A DNA stretch of 64,000 nt from an uncultured Chloroflexia bacterium (GCA_963709875.1 CAVPYB010000005.1:56721-120720); one strand, 5' to 3'. Positions 1 to 9,463 are shown, numbered from the stretch's first letter. The notes: generated by a model from the sequence alone, not told the origin. A program made the numbers and translations.

Positions 1-363
1 ATGAAACGCCAAAATCGTAGGATAAGGACCCTCCCCCTCGGGGGGAAGGTAAACGTCGAGCACTTGACGCCAATGCCCATCCGGGACGTACGGCTCATTG
101 GAGAAATCTAGCATGGGTTCCTCAATCATCTCGCACGGCTCTTCCACAGCCTCGGTTGGCTCTTCCACGGCTTCGGTTGGTTCTTCTATAACCTCGGTCG
201 GTTCCTCCATGGCCTCGGTCGGTTCCTTTATGACCTCGGTCGGCTCTTCCATCGCCTCAGTAGGCGCGGCAGGCACTTCAGTTGCAGCCGGCTGGCAGGC
301 TCCCAGCACCATGCTGGCTAATAAGACGGTAGCTAGCATGGCATCTCGCGTAATGTGTCGCAT
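1..363 (-). CDS. Lipoprotein alpha/beta hydrolase (esterase-like), 5' part only; runs off the window edge
   Basis: Manual translation (absent from the ORF track): MRHITRDAMLATVLLASMVLGACQP lipobox, acidic PTE(A/V)xEE repeats, then LDVYLPPEGEGPYPTILAFH, typical of the segment before HGG in carboxylesterases; SD AAGGAGG upstream. Confidence 0.8.
   Translation of the reverse strand, partial: MRHITRDAMLATVLLASMVLGACQPAATEVPAAPTEAMEEPTEVIKEPTEAMEEPTEVIEEPTEAVEEPTEAVEEPCEMIEEPMLDFSNEPYVPDGHWRQVLDVYLPPEGEGPYPTILAFH
115..264 (-). repeat. 21-bp tandem repeat encoding 7-aa PTE(A/V)(M/I/V)EE linker units
   Basis: About 7 degenerate copies visible in DNA and translation. Confidence 0.85.
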
Positions 364-582
364 AACCTCCTTCCTTCTTCACAATAAAAATTTTTGGGGA
401 TAATTATTGACATTGCGTTAAGGAATTGTCATATCCAAATCACCTCCTTTCATTCCAGGCTCACCTCACCCGGATGGGTGACCGGACCGGGGGGAGCTCG
501 ATCTCAGCGCGCCTCCTGGTCCAGCTGAACGGCTTTGGTGTACCAGCGTACAGAGCAAGGTTTGGGGATAGTTTTTTAATAC

Positions 583-627
583 TTGACAAATTATATCTTA
601 TTTGCTATTATATCCGCAAGGAATATA
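583..627 (+). promoter_or_regulatory. Sigma70-type promoter of the padR operon with overlapping imperfect palindrome (candidate PadR box)
   Basis: TTGACA 583-588, 17-nt spacer, TATTAT 606-611; tatatcc-gcaag-gaatata follows. Confidence 0.6.
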
Positions 628-639
628 TCCGTGGCAGTA

Positions 640-756
640 GTAATCAGTGAAAAGTAATCAGTAATCTGGGATCAGGACTTGACATAACATCGTTTACCTA
701 ATTGGCTTATTGCCTGATCACCTAATTCCTAACTCGCAACTCGCAACTCGCAACTG
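640..756. repeat. Short 7-bp tandem repeats (GTAATCA; AACTCGC x3) in the padR leader
   Basis: gtaatcag..gtaatcagtaatc and aactcgcaactcgcaactcgcaact. Confidence 0.7.
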
Positions 757-765
757 GAGAATTAT

Positions 766-1125
766 ATGACCAACACAACACCCATGCCCGAAGAAATGCT
801 GCCCCTGACACCGGCGGTGTTCAACATCCTGCTGGCGCTGGCGGATGGCGAGAAGCACGGCTATGCCATCATGCTGGAGGTGGAGGCGAATACCGGCGGC
901 GAGGTCAAGATGGGTCCCGGCACGCTGTACGGCTCGATCAAACGCATGCTGAGGGCCGGGCTGATCGAGGAGACGGACGAGCGCCCCGACCCCGAGCTGG
1001 ACGACGAGCGTCGGCGCTACTACCGGCTGAGCGGCCTAGGGCAGCGGGCGCTGCACGCCGAGGCAGAACGGCTGTCACGCCAGGTGTCGGTTGCCCGGCT
1101 GAAGCACGTCTTGAACTATACCTGA
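766..1125 (+). CDS. PadR family transcriptional regulator
   Basis: ILLAL..GEKHGYAIM, GPGTLYGSIKRM, RRRYYRL motifs; SD GGAG. Confidence 0.93.
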   Translation: MTNTTPMPEEMLPLTPAVFNILLALADGEKHGYAIMLEVEANTGGEVKMGPGTLYGSIKRMLRAGLIEETDERPDPELDDERRRYYRLSGLGQRALHAEAERLSRQVSVARLKHVLNYT

Positions 1126-1137
1126 GGGAGGTAAACC

Positions 1138-2019
1138 ATGCTGGAGCATACGCACGACCCGCAAGCGGTGGCCCGATCGGTGCGCCTGTACCGGCGGCTG
1201 GTATCGGCTTATCCCGCCGATTTCCGGCGTGAGTATGGCGAACCGATGCTGCAGGTGTTTCGCGATAGCTGCCTGCGGGCTATTCTGGAAGGTGGATCAC
1301 AAGCGCTTATCGCCCTGTGGATCCGCACGAGCTACGATTATTTCAAATCAATCATCGAAGAATATGCTCGAGGAGGAACGGAAATGACGTGCGAGAAATT
1401 TTTCAAACTGAGCGGCTGGGCATTGATGCTGGCAGCGGTTGTCTTTGTGGCTGGAGTTAGTATCGGGGGTGGAGAGAAATATTACGATGATCCGCTGGGC
1501 GGGCCGGATGGTTTCTATGAGTACGGCCAGCTCATTCTCATCCCGGTCGCCATGTTATTGTACGCCGTGGGCATGACCGGTCTGCTGGCTCGCTATGGAG
1601 GAATCTCCGGCAGTCTGGGTAAAACCGGATTGGTGATCGCAGTAATCGGCAGCGTGTTGAGCTTTTTCAGCGCCATCCCCCTGTACGCGCTTATGACTCC
1701 CTGGTTAGGAGAGTGGTGGTATTTCATGATTTACAGCATGCTGGCGATGTTGGTGGGTCTATCCTTGTTCGGGCTGATTGCGCTGCGCACAAAGCCGCTG
1801 ATACGCTGGAACGCTCTGCCGCTGCTGACCGCCATCTGGTTCCCATTGGTTTTCATAATCGGATGGATGCTTGAACTATCTGGGATCAGTACGAACGGCA
1901 TCGATGGGTATATGGCGTTCGCGGCGCTGCTGTTCCTGTTCGTCGGCTCGATCGTGTTGGGCTATATACTGCAGAAGGACATTCCGGCAGTGACCCCCGG
2001 CAGCCCGCTTCAGGCTTAA
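1138..2019 (+). CDS. Membrane protein with N-terminal PadR-associated 'YPxxFRxEYGxxM' domain
   Basis: LYRRL..YPADFRREYGEPM, then ~7 hydrophobic helices; SD GGAGGT. Confidence 0.8.
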   Translation: MLEHTHDPQAVARSVRLYRRLVSAYPADFRREYGEPMLQVFRDSCLRAILEGGSQALIALWIRTSYDYFKSIIEEYARGGTEMTCEKFFKLSGWALMLAAVVFVAGVSIGGGEKYYDDPLGGPDGFYEYGQLILIPVAMLLYAVGMTGLLARYGGISGSLGKTGLVIAVIGSVLSFFSAIPLYALMTPWLGEWWYFMIYSMLAMLVGLSLFGLIALRTKPLIRWNALPLLTAIWFPLVFIIGWMLELSGISTNGIDGYMAFAALLFLFVGSIVLGYILQKDIPAVTPGSPLQA

Positions 2020-2022
2020 ACG

Positions 2023-2898
2023 ATGCTCAAAACCTCTCCTGATCCAGGTCTCGTAGCCATATCGATGTCGGTATATCGTGCTATGCTTTCGCTATACCCG
2101 CTGCGGTTCAAAGCGGAATATGGCGAGCCTATGGCACAGGTCTTCTGTGACTGCTGCAAGCGGGCCTACCTGGAAGGCGGTAGGCTGGCGCTGCTGGCTT
2201 TGTGGGCGCGTACGGGGCTGGATTATCTCAAGACACTCATTGAAGAATATGCCAGAGGAGGCACGAACATGACAAGCGAGAAGTTCATCAAATTGAGCAG
2301 CTGGGCGCTGCTGGTCGGCTCATTAGCCATCTTTATCGGCTGGCTGGCAGATTCTCGCCCGGAGTACAACCGGTTCAACGCCGCCAGCCTGCCTATCGAT
2401 CGCTACGCCAACCTGGTCTCGGAACCGCTCGTCATCATGGGGATGCTGCTGGTCAGTCTGGGTATGCTGGGACTGATGGCTCGCTATGGAGAGAAAGCAG
2501 GTGGTATTGGACGCTTAACGCTCGGCCTCGGCGCCCTTTGCGGGTTGGTCAGCGCGATCGGGATGGCAGGTCTGGCGCTCAATGATAGCGGCCCCTGGTG
2601 GTCGATGTTCTGGCTGGGATGGACAGCTCAATACCTGATGCTTTCGCTGTTTGGCGTCGTCTGCCTGCGACGCCGGGTGCTGCCGCGTTGGAACGGCCTG
2701 CCGCTGCTGGTAGGGATCTGGCTGCCCGGCTTTTTCCTGGTGTCCACCGCCTACGAATCGCTGACCGGCACCTGGGTGCCGTGGGGGCAGGCTATATTCA
2801 TCTTTATTTTCTCTGTCGGAGCGGTTGGGTTTGCAGGGCTGGGCTACCTGCTTCAGACGGAGTCGCAGCCTGTCCCGCCGGCAGCAGGAGCTGCCTAG
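2023..2898 (+). CDS. Paralogous membrane protein with N-terminal 'YPxxFxxEYGxxM' domain
   Basis: Colinear with 1138..2019 (YPLRFKAEYGEPM, IEEYARGGTNM, RWNGLPLL). Confidence 0.8.
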   Translation: MLKTSPDPGLVAISMSVYRAMLSLYPLRFKAEYGEPMAQVFCDCCKRAYLEGGRLALLALWARTGLDYLKTLIEEYARGGTNMTSEKFIKLSSWALLVGSLAIFIGWLADSRPEYNRFNAASLPIDRYANLVSEPLVIMGMLLVSLGMLGLMARYGEKAGGIGRLTLGLGALCGLVSAIGMAGLALNDSGPWWSMFWLGWTAQYLMLSLFGVVCLRRRVLPRWNGLPLLVGIWLPGFFLVSTAYESLTGTWVPWGQAIFIFIFSVGAVGFAGLGYLLQTESQPVPPAAGAA

Positions 2899-3063
2899 GT
2901 GATAAAGGTGCCACGCATGTAAATGTGCTTGGCACCAGCTTATTACCACCTGGGAGGTGTATGAACCTAAGTTGAATACCTGGTGCCTTGGCGTCTTAGC
3001 GGTGAGCAAGCCAATGGCAATATCAACAAACTCAGTGGTGGAAAACCGAAAGGAATTACCGTT

Positions 3064-3558
3064 ATGAAAACCATTCAATCTGCTCTATTCAATAGAACAC
3101 TTGCCAGGATACTGGTGACCATCATCGTTATCCTGCTGGTAATGGCATTTGCTATGCCTGTGCTGGCCTCCCGCGCTGAGGTGACCGGCGGGGCATTCCA
3201 CACTTTCGCCTCTGGTGTCGGGCGCGGCTATGCTATCTCCGGTCATGCCCACATGACCCGCACTGCAGACGGCAAGACCATCGTCAGCACGCATGCAGCC
3301 GGGTTGGCGGCGAATACCGCCTACGGCGTGCACGTGCACAACAAAGCCTGCAACGACTCCAACGGCGGCGGGCACTACCAGAACGAGGTCGGCGGCGCGG
3401 TGGACTCATACAACGAGATCTGGCCGCTCTTCACCACCAACGCCGCAGGAGTCGGGAATGGGAAGGCAGTACATGCTTATACTGCCCGTCCGGAAGCCCA
3501 GGCGGTGGTGATCCACGATACGGACGGAGCGCGCATCGCCTGCGCGGATTTGGAGTAA
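3064..3558 (+). CDS. sodC: Secreted Cu/Zn superoxide dismutase-like protein
   Basis: Signal peptide; YGVHVH..C..GGHY, AVVIH, GARIAC motifs; ATG at 3064 chosen for SD AAGGA. Confidence 0.75.
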   Translation: MKTIQSALFNRTLARILVTIIVILLVMAFAMPVLASRAEVTGGAFHTFASGVGRGYAISGHAHMTRTADGKTIVSTHAAGLAANTAYGVHVHNKACNDSNGGGHYQNEVGGAVDSYNEIWPLFTTNAAGVGNGKAVHAYTARPEAQAVVIHDTDGARIACADLE

Positions 3559-3562
3559 AGGG

Positions 3563-3599
3563 ATAAGGCAATAAGGTATAAGGCAATAAGGGATAAGGG
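3563..3599 (+). repeat. ATAAGG(CA) 7/8-mer tandem repeat after stop codon
   Basis: ataaggca ataaggt ataaggca ataaggg ataaggg. Confidence 0.8.
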
Positions 3600-3623
3600 A
3601 GATTTGGGAGTGGAGACTAGAGG

Positions 3624-4370
3624 GTGACGGATTATACGATCGTGACGGCTCGGGATGCCGAGTTCGAGGCACTCAGTAAGCAGGTGCACACCGGCGGGGG
3701 GCCGGTGTGCCTGGATTACGATGCGGCGGTCCAGCGCTGGTGGCCACTGTTGGATGAGACTTTCCCCGAGCACCAGTTCTGCCTGCTGGATGAGGCGAGC
3801 GGGCAGCCGGTCGCCATTGGCAACAGCCTCCCGCTGGCTTTCAGCGGGGTGCTGTCTGAACTGCCTGATGAGGGGCTGGACTGGGTGCTGGAGCAGGGGT
3901 TCTTGGATCGTGAGGCTGGCAGGCAGCCGACCTTGATGAGCGCCTTGTACATCGAGGTGGCCGAGGCGCAGCGCGGCCAGGGCGTCAGCGCGCAGGCGCT
4001 GAGCGTGATGCGGCAGATCGGTAGGCAGAAGGGCTTCCAGCAGCTGATCGCCCCGGTGCGCCCGTCATTGAAGGAGCGCTACCCGCTGATCCCGATGGAA
4101 GAGTATCTACGGTGGCAGACGGCGGAGGGTCTCCCGTTCGACCCGTGGCTGCGGGTGCACGTGCGGGCAGGCGGAAAGATACTGGGAGTCTGCCAGAGGG
4201 CAATGAGCGTGAGTGGGACGGCAGCCCAGTGGGCGGAATGGACCGGCATGGCATTCCCCAGCGATGGCAGCTACGTGATCCCGCACGGGCTGGTGCCTGT
4301 GGATGTGCGCGGCGAGCTTGGGGAATACGTCGAGCCGGGCGTTTGGGTGCTGCACGAGCTTGAGAGATAA
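3624..4370 (+). CDS. GNAT family N-acetyltransferase-like protein
   Basis: QRGQGVS acetyl-CoA loop, LIAPVRP, FDPWLRVHVRAGG, YVEPGVWV family motifs. Confidence 0.8.
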   Translation: MTDYTIVTARDAEFEALSKQVHTGGGPVCLDYDAAVQRWWPLLDETFPEHQFCLLDEASGQPVAIGNSLPLAFSGVLSELPDEGLDWVLEQGFLDREAGRQPTLMSALYIEVAEAQRGQGVSAQALSVMRQIGRQKGFQQLIAPVRPSLKERYPLIPMEEYLRWQTAEGLPFDPWLRVHVRAGGKILGVCQRAMSVSGTAAQWAEWTGMAFPSDGSYVIPHGLVPVDVRGELGEYVEPGVWVLHELER

Positions 4371-4397
4371 GGACTACCAGCCCTGAAGAAGGTTTTT

Positions 4398-4868
4398 ATG
4401 AGTGAGGAACAAATACTAACCCCGACCCTCAATACCCGCCGGTCTGCGCCGGTTGCCAGGCAGCTGATCGCAATCTTAATCGCCTCGCTGGCGGCGACTA
4501 CAGCGAATGTCATCTTGTACTTCATCTTGAAAGACATATTCGGAGTACCGTTCCTTGCGCCGGAACAGTTCCCGCCGCCAGAGCTCAGCCCGCTGCCCGC
4601 CAGCGATGTCATTCTCTTCAGCCTGATATTCTCCGCCGGGGCAAGCCTGGTGTTCCTGGTCGTTGCCAACACCGCCCGCCGGCTTGCCCGGACCTTTGTT
4701 GTCATCAGTACGGTTGTTCTCGTACTGTCCTTCTTGCTGCCGCTGCGCATACCCACGCCACCGGTGCCCATGGCGACTAAATACAGCCTGATGTCCATGC
4801 ACATCCTGGGAGCGGCGGTGTTGGTGCCGCTGCTGATCGCTATCGGCTTGCCTAGAAAAAATGTCTGA
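4398..4868 (+). CDS. 4-TM membrane protein (DUF6069-like)
   Basis: Four hydrophobic helices; VLSFLLP and LMSMHI pattern. Confidence 0.6.
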   Translation: MSEEQILTPTLNTRRSAPVARQLIAILIASLAATTANVILYFILKDIFGVPFLAPEQFPPPELSPLPASDVILFSLIFSAGASLVFLVVANTARRLARTFVVISTVVLVLSFLLPLRIPTPPVPMATKYSLMSMHILGAAVLVPLLIAIGLPRKNV

Positions 4869-5478
4869 TAACCGTTCTTTGCGCTGGACCTGGGTATGTT
4901 TTATCGCCGGGGGTGTACTGATGATCCTGCTGTGGATCATCTATACCACCGTGCACGGACCGACATCTTTCGACCGCACCGGTGTCGTGTTGGGGCGCTC
5001 GACGCTGTTTTGGGGCGGCTTGTTGGGCAGTTTTCCAAACCTGCTGCTTGCCCTGGGATTGATCCTTCTTTATCCCACGTTGGTGAAGTCTGCCGGCTTT
5101 TTGGCTCTAATTGGCTATATCCTCACTTTGATCGGGCTCATCATCCCTGCCGTTATCGATATATTCGCTGGCGGATTAGGACCACCCATATTTGTGCCGC
5201 TCGTTGGGATTGGATTGATTCTGACTGTTGTTGGAAATCGCGGTAACCCAACCATACCAAGGGGGAGCCATTCCCTGCTGATGGTTCTGGGCCTTCTCCA
5301 GATCACTGCCATTGCTTCGGCATTCGTTCCACAAGAAGTGTCCGATGATTTCGGCGGCTACAGGCTGTACGGCATCCTGGCACACTTTGCTTTTGGATTG
5401 GGCTGGATCCTGCTCGGGGTATGGATGTTGCGCAGAGGAGAAGCAAGCGGTGTGAAGCAGATGGTGACCACCGAATGA
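4861..5478 (+). CDS. Hypothetical multi-pass membrane protein
   Basis: ~6 Gly-rich hydrophobic helices; overlaps neighbours as in an operon. Confidence 0.7.
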   Translation: MSDNRSLRWTWVCFIAGGVLMILLWIIYTTVHGPTSFDRTGVVLGRSTLFWGGLLGSFPNLLLALGLILLYPTLVKSAGFLALIGYILTLIGLIIPAVIDIFAGGLGPPIFVPLVGIGLILTVVGNRGNPTIPRGSHSLLMVLGLLQITAIASAFVPQEVSDDFGGYRLYGILAHFAFGLGWILLGVWMLRRGEASGVKQMVTTE

Positions 5479-6059
5479 AAATACTCAGCGCAGTTGGCAT
5501 CGCCGGTGGGGTGGCAGCCTTTGCGGCATTGTTCATTACCGGGGATGTATTCGGTCTCCCGGGCAGCGAAAAGTACCGCATTTACGAGACCTTCAACCGG
5601 GCGATGGGCTTCTTCCTGCTCCTGCAGGTCTGTTCGCTGATCGCGTTCTCCATGGCATACAGCAGGCGCCTGGGTTGGCTGGGCAAAATCGGTCTGGTCG
5701 CGGCTATCCTGGGTTGGATCGGCATGGCTGCCGGGACGGCGGCAGAGTTCTGGCTGTATTCGGATCTGTCTTACGGCGAGCAGAATATGCGCCAGGTGGC
5801 TTTTGGTGTTTTTTCTCTCAGTGGGCTTCTGGTTTGGGTGGGGCTGCTCTTTTTGGGCGTTGACTTGTTCCGCAGCCGGTTCCTTCCGCGTGGCATCTCC
5901 ATAGCGATCATGGCGTACCTGGCGTTCGATATCCTGTTCTTTTTCACGGTTGGTATTTTTCTGGCACCGGCGCTCTGGGCGATACTGATCGGTGCTCTGG
6001 CGCTGCGAGGACAGGGGGATATGCAGCCCGGAGGGCTCTCTGAGCACCTAGAGCGGTAA
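5475..6059 (+). CDS. Hypothetical multi-pass membrane protein
   Basis: ATGA overlap with upstream stop; RLGWLGKIGL motif; ~6 TMs. Confidence 0.7.
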   Translation: MKILSAVGIAGGVAAFAALFITGDVFGLPGSEKYRIYETFNRAMGFFLLLQVCSLIAFSMAYSRRLGWLGKIGLVAAILGWIGMAAGTAAEFWLYSDLSYGEQNMRQVAFGVFSLSGLLVWVGLLFLGVDLFRSRFLPRGISIAIMAYLAFDILFFFTVGIFLAPALWAILIGALALRGQGDMQPGGLSEHLER

Positions 6060-6063
6060 TGTC

Positions 6064-6489
6064 ATGAACTCTATTGCGAAATATTCATGGCTTATCCTCT
6101 TCACAATAGGTTTGGCCCTGCTCTATTATGCGTACGATAACATCGTCGTTATCCCGGCTCTTGATCCGGCTGACCCTGACCGGGGTTGGGCGTGGCTTAC
6201 GTCCGACCCGCAGGTGATCGAGTACATCAAATCCTGGTTCCGCAACTTTGGCATCTGGGTGCTGGCGGTGGCAGTATTCGTGCTGGTCATCTCCGCCACC
6301 GGCTACCGGGAAGGGCAGCGTTGGGCATGGTACAGCCTGCTGTACCTGCCGGTACATATCGCCATCCACATGTTCATCTGGCCGTGGACGATCCCGATCC
6401 TGGCAGTAATGATGATCATGACCCTGATCGGTCTGTTCATGCCGCTGCGAATGTTCTTTCCGCGCGACGATAAAGAAACTGCGCCCTAA
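6064..6489 (+). CDS. Hypothetical 4-TM membrane protein
   Basis: GYREGQRWAWY loop between hydrophobic helices. Confidence 0.7.
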   Translation: MNSIAKYSWLILFTIGLALLYYAYDNIVVIPALDPADPDRGWAWLTSDPQVIEYIKSWFRNFGIWVLAVAVFVLVISATGYREGQRWAWYSLLYLPVHIAIHMFIWPWTIPILAVMMIMTLIGLFMPLRMFFPRDDKETAP

Positions 6490-6508
6490 CTCGCTTCTGA
6501 ATGATTCA

Positions 6509-7072
6509 ATGCTTAAGACGAAAAAGTCGTTGCGAGGAGGGCGCCAGCCCGACGAAGCAATCCGTCTGCTGCTGGTGCTGACCGGCATCCGCCTATTGCA
6601 CCTGAGGCAGCGGGGTGGCTACGGCGGGCTGGGAACAGCCGGATACCGACTGACGATTGCTGGGTATATTTCGATGGTGGTCATCATGCTGCCGGGTGTA
6701 TTTAATATTCAATCCCAGGCGCTCTGGGCTGGTGGTTTCGTGTTTGGGCTGATTGCTGGGCTGCTGGTTTTCACCGGCTGGCTGGTGTGGGGGACTGCCA
6801 GCGCGCGGGCGAAAAGCCTGCCTGGTTGGCGGGTCGTAGTGCCTTTTTACATGGGACTGGCATTCCTGGCCTGGATTAGCGACCCAACCGGTTATGGCTT
6901 GAACCCGGAAACAGTGCGGGTATTCCTGCAAGGAATCGGGTTCATCGTCCTGGGGGCGATATTGTGGGGGAGAATCCGTAAAAGTCCTACCAGTATCCCG
7001 TCAATCTCCGTTATAATTATCGTATTCACACCTATGTGGGATAAATTCATGCAGGTGTCATTGCCATTATGA
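6509..7072 (+). pseudogene. 5'-truncated or rearranged membrane protein gene
   Basis: Body (LHLRQRGGYGGLGTAGY...) resembles neighbouring membrane family, but the N-terminus is encoded by a palindromic repeat. Confidence 0.45.
6527..6563. repeat. GTC(A/G)TTGCGAG...CGACGAAGCAATC-type palindromic element
   Basis: gtcgttgcgaggagggcgccagcccgacgaagcaatc resembles widespread RPE/REP-like intergenic repeats. Confidence 0.55.
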
Positions 7073-7875
7073 CAATTACCGATCCCTGGGAGAGCGGCAG
7101 CCCGTACCAGCGCTTCATGGGCCGCTGGAGCGCCCTGGTGGCGGCTGAATTCCTGAGCTGGCAGCCCGGTAACCCCGGTGATCGCTGGCTGGATGTCGGC
7201 TGCGGTACGGGTACGCTGAGCGAGCTGATCCTGGATACCCAGGAACCAGCCGAGGTCCTGGGCGTGGACCCATCAGCCCAGTTCGTCGAGTACGCCAGGG
7301 GCAATCTCCATGACCCGCGCACGCGCTTCGAGACCGCCGGGGCTGAGGCGATTCCGTCAGATGATGGGCATTTCGATTACACGGTCTCCGGTTTGGTGCT
7401 CAATTTCATCCCCCGACCGGAGGATGCGATCGCGGAGATGAGGCGCGTAACCGGATCCGGCGGGAGTGTGGCAGTGTACGTCTGGGATTACGCCGGCGGC
7501 ATGCAGATGCTGCGCTATTTCTGGGATGCTGCTATCGCCCTGGACCCCCAGGCGCGCCGGTTGGACGAAGGCGAGCGCTTCCCGATATGCGATCCGCAGG
7601 CGCTGACCGAGTTGTTCCTTGAGGGGGGTCTGCAGGATGTGAGCGTCAGGGCGATCGATGCTCAGGCGGTCTTCCGGGATTTCGACGACTACTGGCAGCC
7701 TTTCCTGGGTGCTGTGGGACCCGCGCCAGGTTATGTCGCCGGATTGAGCGATTCCGGCCGCAATGCCCTTGCCGAGCGGCTCAGAGTCACCCTGCCAACC
7801 GCAAAGGACGGCTCGATAACGCTCATCGCGCGCGCCTGGGCGGTAAAAGGGGTAAAGATGCAAGGGCGCCGGTGA
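7069..7875 (+). CDS. Class I SAM-dependent methyltransferase
   Basis: WLDVGCGTG motif I; YQRFMGRWS, YVWDY. Confidence 0.92.
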   Translation: MTITDPWESGSPYQRFMGRWSALVAAEFLSWQPGNPGDRWLDVGCGTGTLSELILDTQEPAEVLGVDPSAQFVEYARGNLHDPRTRFETAGAEAIPSDDGHFDYTVSGLVLNFIPRPEDAIAEMRRVTGSGGSVAVYVWDYAGGMQMLRYFWDAAIALDPQARRLDEGERFPICDPQALTELFLEGGLQDVSVRAIDAQAVFRDFDDYWQPFLGAVGPAPGYVAGLSDSGRNALAERLRVTLPTAKDGSITLIARAWAVKGVKMQGRR

Positions 7876-7960
7876 CACAAAGCCTCGCTGAAAGGGTGTT
7901 CAGTTCTGCACTGGCGATCCGGCTGAGTGCAGCCATAATTTCAACCCTGGAGATCTGAAA

Positions 7961-8818
7961 ATGGACAGCAGCATGGGAGAAGTCCCTTATCATGACGTAG
8001 TTTTACCGGTCACCCGCGTGCTTGCGGTGATCATCGTCCCGGTGCTGGTGGCAGCTTTCATCATGCTGTACTTGTTCCCCAGGAACAGCGGGCAGCTGTT
8101 TGCCTGGCCGGTCAAGCCAATGATGAGCGCCATGATGCTAGGGGCGACCTACATCGGCGGGGCATATTTCTTTTCGATGGTAGTGCTAACCAAGAGATGG
8201 CATACTGTGAGGCTGGGTTTTATCCCGGTGACCACCTTTGCCGCCATCCTGGGCATTTCCACCATCCTGCACTGGGATAAGTTCACCCAGGGGCATATCT
8301 CGTTCATCCTGTGGGCGCTGCTGTATTTCGTGCTGCCCTTCGTCATCCCGGTGGTATGGTATATCAACCAGCGCCACAACCGCGGCGAGCCGGACCCGCG
8401 CCGCGGAGAGCTGCCCCGCGCCCTGACCATGACCTCCGCTGCCCTGGGGGCGGTGATGACTCTGGTCAGCCTGGCGTTGTTCATCTCACCGGGTCTGCTG
8501 GTCCCCACCTGGGGTTGGACTCTCACCCCGCTGACGGCGCGCGTCATGTCAGCCATGTTCGCCCTGTCTGGGTTGGTGGGGATGGAGGTGGGCTACGACC
8601 GCCATTGGAGCTCGATACGCACGATCATGGGGGCACAGGCTATCTCGATCGTGCTCATCTTCGTGGCGATGGTCCCGGCTGCAGGCGATATCCAGTGGGC
8701 GCAGTGGGGCACCTGGCTGTTCGTTGGCGGGATGCTGGGCGCGCTTGGGGTTAATGTCTGGGCTTTTGCTGCGTCTCGTTATGTCGCGCTCAGCGCCGCA
8801 CAGCCTTTGAGCGGGTAA
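7961..8818 (+). CDS. Hypothetical 8-TM membrane protein with internal duplication
   Basis: FAWPVKPMMSAMM and WGWTLTPLTARVM repeated halves. Confidence 0.75.
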   Translation: MDSSMGEVPYHDVVLPVTRVLAVIIVPVLVAAFIMLYLFPRNSGQLFAWPVKPMMSAMMLGATYIGGAYFFSMVVLTKRWHTVRLGFIPVTTFAAILGISTILHWDKFTQGHISFILWALLYFVLPFVIPVVWYINQRHNRGEPDPRRGELPRALTMTSAALGAVMTLVSLALFISPGLLVPTWGWTLTPLTARVMSAMFALSGLVGMEVGYDRHWSSIRTIMGAQAISIVLIFVAMVPAAGDIQWAQWGTWLFVGGMLGALGVNVWAFAASRYVALSAAQPLSG

Positions 8819-8926
8819 GCCACATATGGCGGCACTGCTGGTGTGTTATCCAAGGCCGGCTTTAATATTCCAGCTCTGGATTATTATCGTTAGCCACAAA
8901 GAGAAACGGAAAGCAGATACCTTTCG

Positions 8927-9415
8927 ATGTCGATAAAAGAGCAATATTTAACCCTGTTCGCCTACCACTGGCACACAACCGGCCGGATGATGAAGCGTGC
9001 CGCGCATCTTAACGACGAGGAATACCACGCACACCCGGGCTACGGGCACGGCTCGATCCACGACCTGCTGCTGCATATCCTGCGTGCCGAGAGGAGCTGG
9101 CGTATGGCGCTGCAGACCGGCAGGCAGGTATCGGGGATCGAGGATGAGGATTACCCAGATCTGAGCTCACTTCACACAGGCTTCGCTGAGGAGCAGGCAG
9201 CCTGGGATGCTCTGTTGGAGGGGCTAAGCGGCGAGCAGATCGAAGGGGAGATCGAGCTGGCCAGCTGGCGCGGGGACGTATATACCTTCAAGGTCTGGCG
9301 CATCCTGCAGCACGTGGTGATGCACGGCATGCAGCACCACACCGAGATCGCCCAGCTGCTGACGGCGAAAGGGCAGTCGCCGCGCGATATTGATTTTATA
9401 TTCTACAGGGAATGA
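8927..9415 (+). CDS. DinB family protein
   Basis: SIHDLLLH..AE..W; ILQHVVMHGMQHH. Confidence 0.9.
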   Translation: MSIKEQYLTLFAYHWHTTGRMMKRAAHLNDEEYHAHPGYGHGSIHDLLLHILRAERSWRMALQTGRQVSGIEDEDYPDLSSLHTGFAEEQAAWDALLEGLSGEQIEGEIELASWRGDVYTFKVWRILQHVVMHGMQHHTEIAQLLTAKGQSPRDIDFIFYRE

Positions 9416-9438
9416 ACAAGGCAACAAGGCAACAAGGC
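9415..9438 (+). repeat. AACAAGGC x3 octamer repeat after stop codon
   Basis: Three perfect copies. Confidence 0.85.
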
Positions 9439-9463
9439 GATATGGGGATCAGGTGAATTGGAT

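Noticed and set aside
98-403. Ser-rich + strand ORF with STASVGS repeats
   Set aside because: Antisense shadow of the minus-strand lipoprotein repeat region, which has the SD, lipobox and hydrolase motif.
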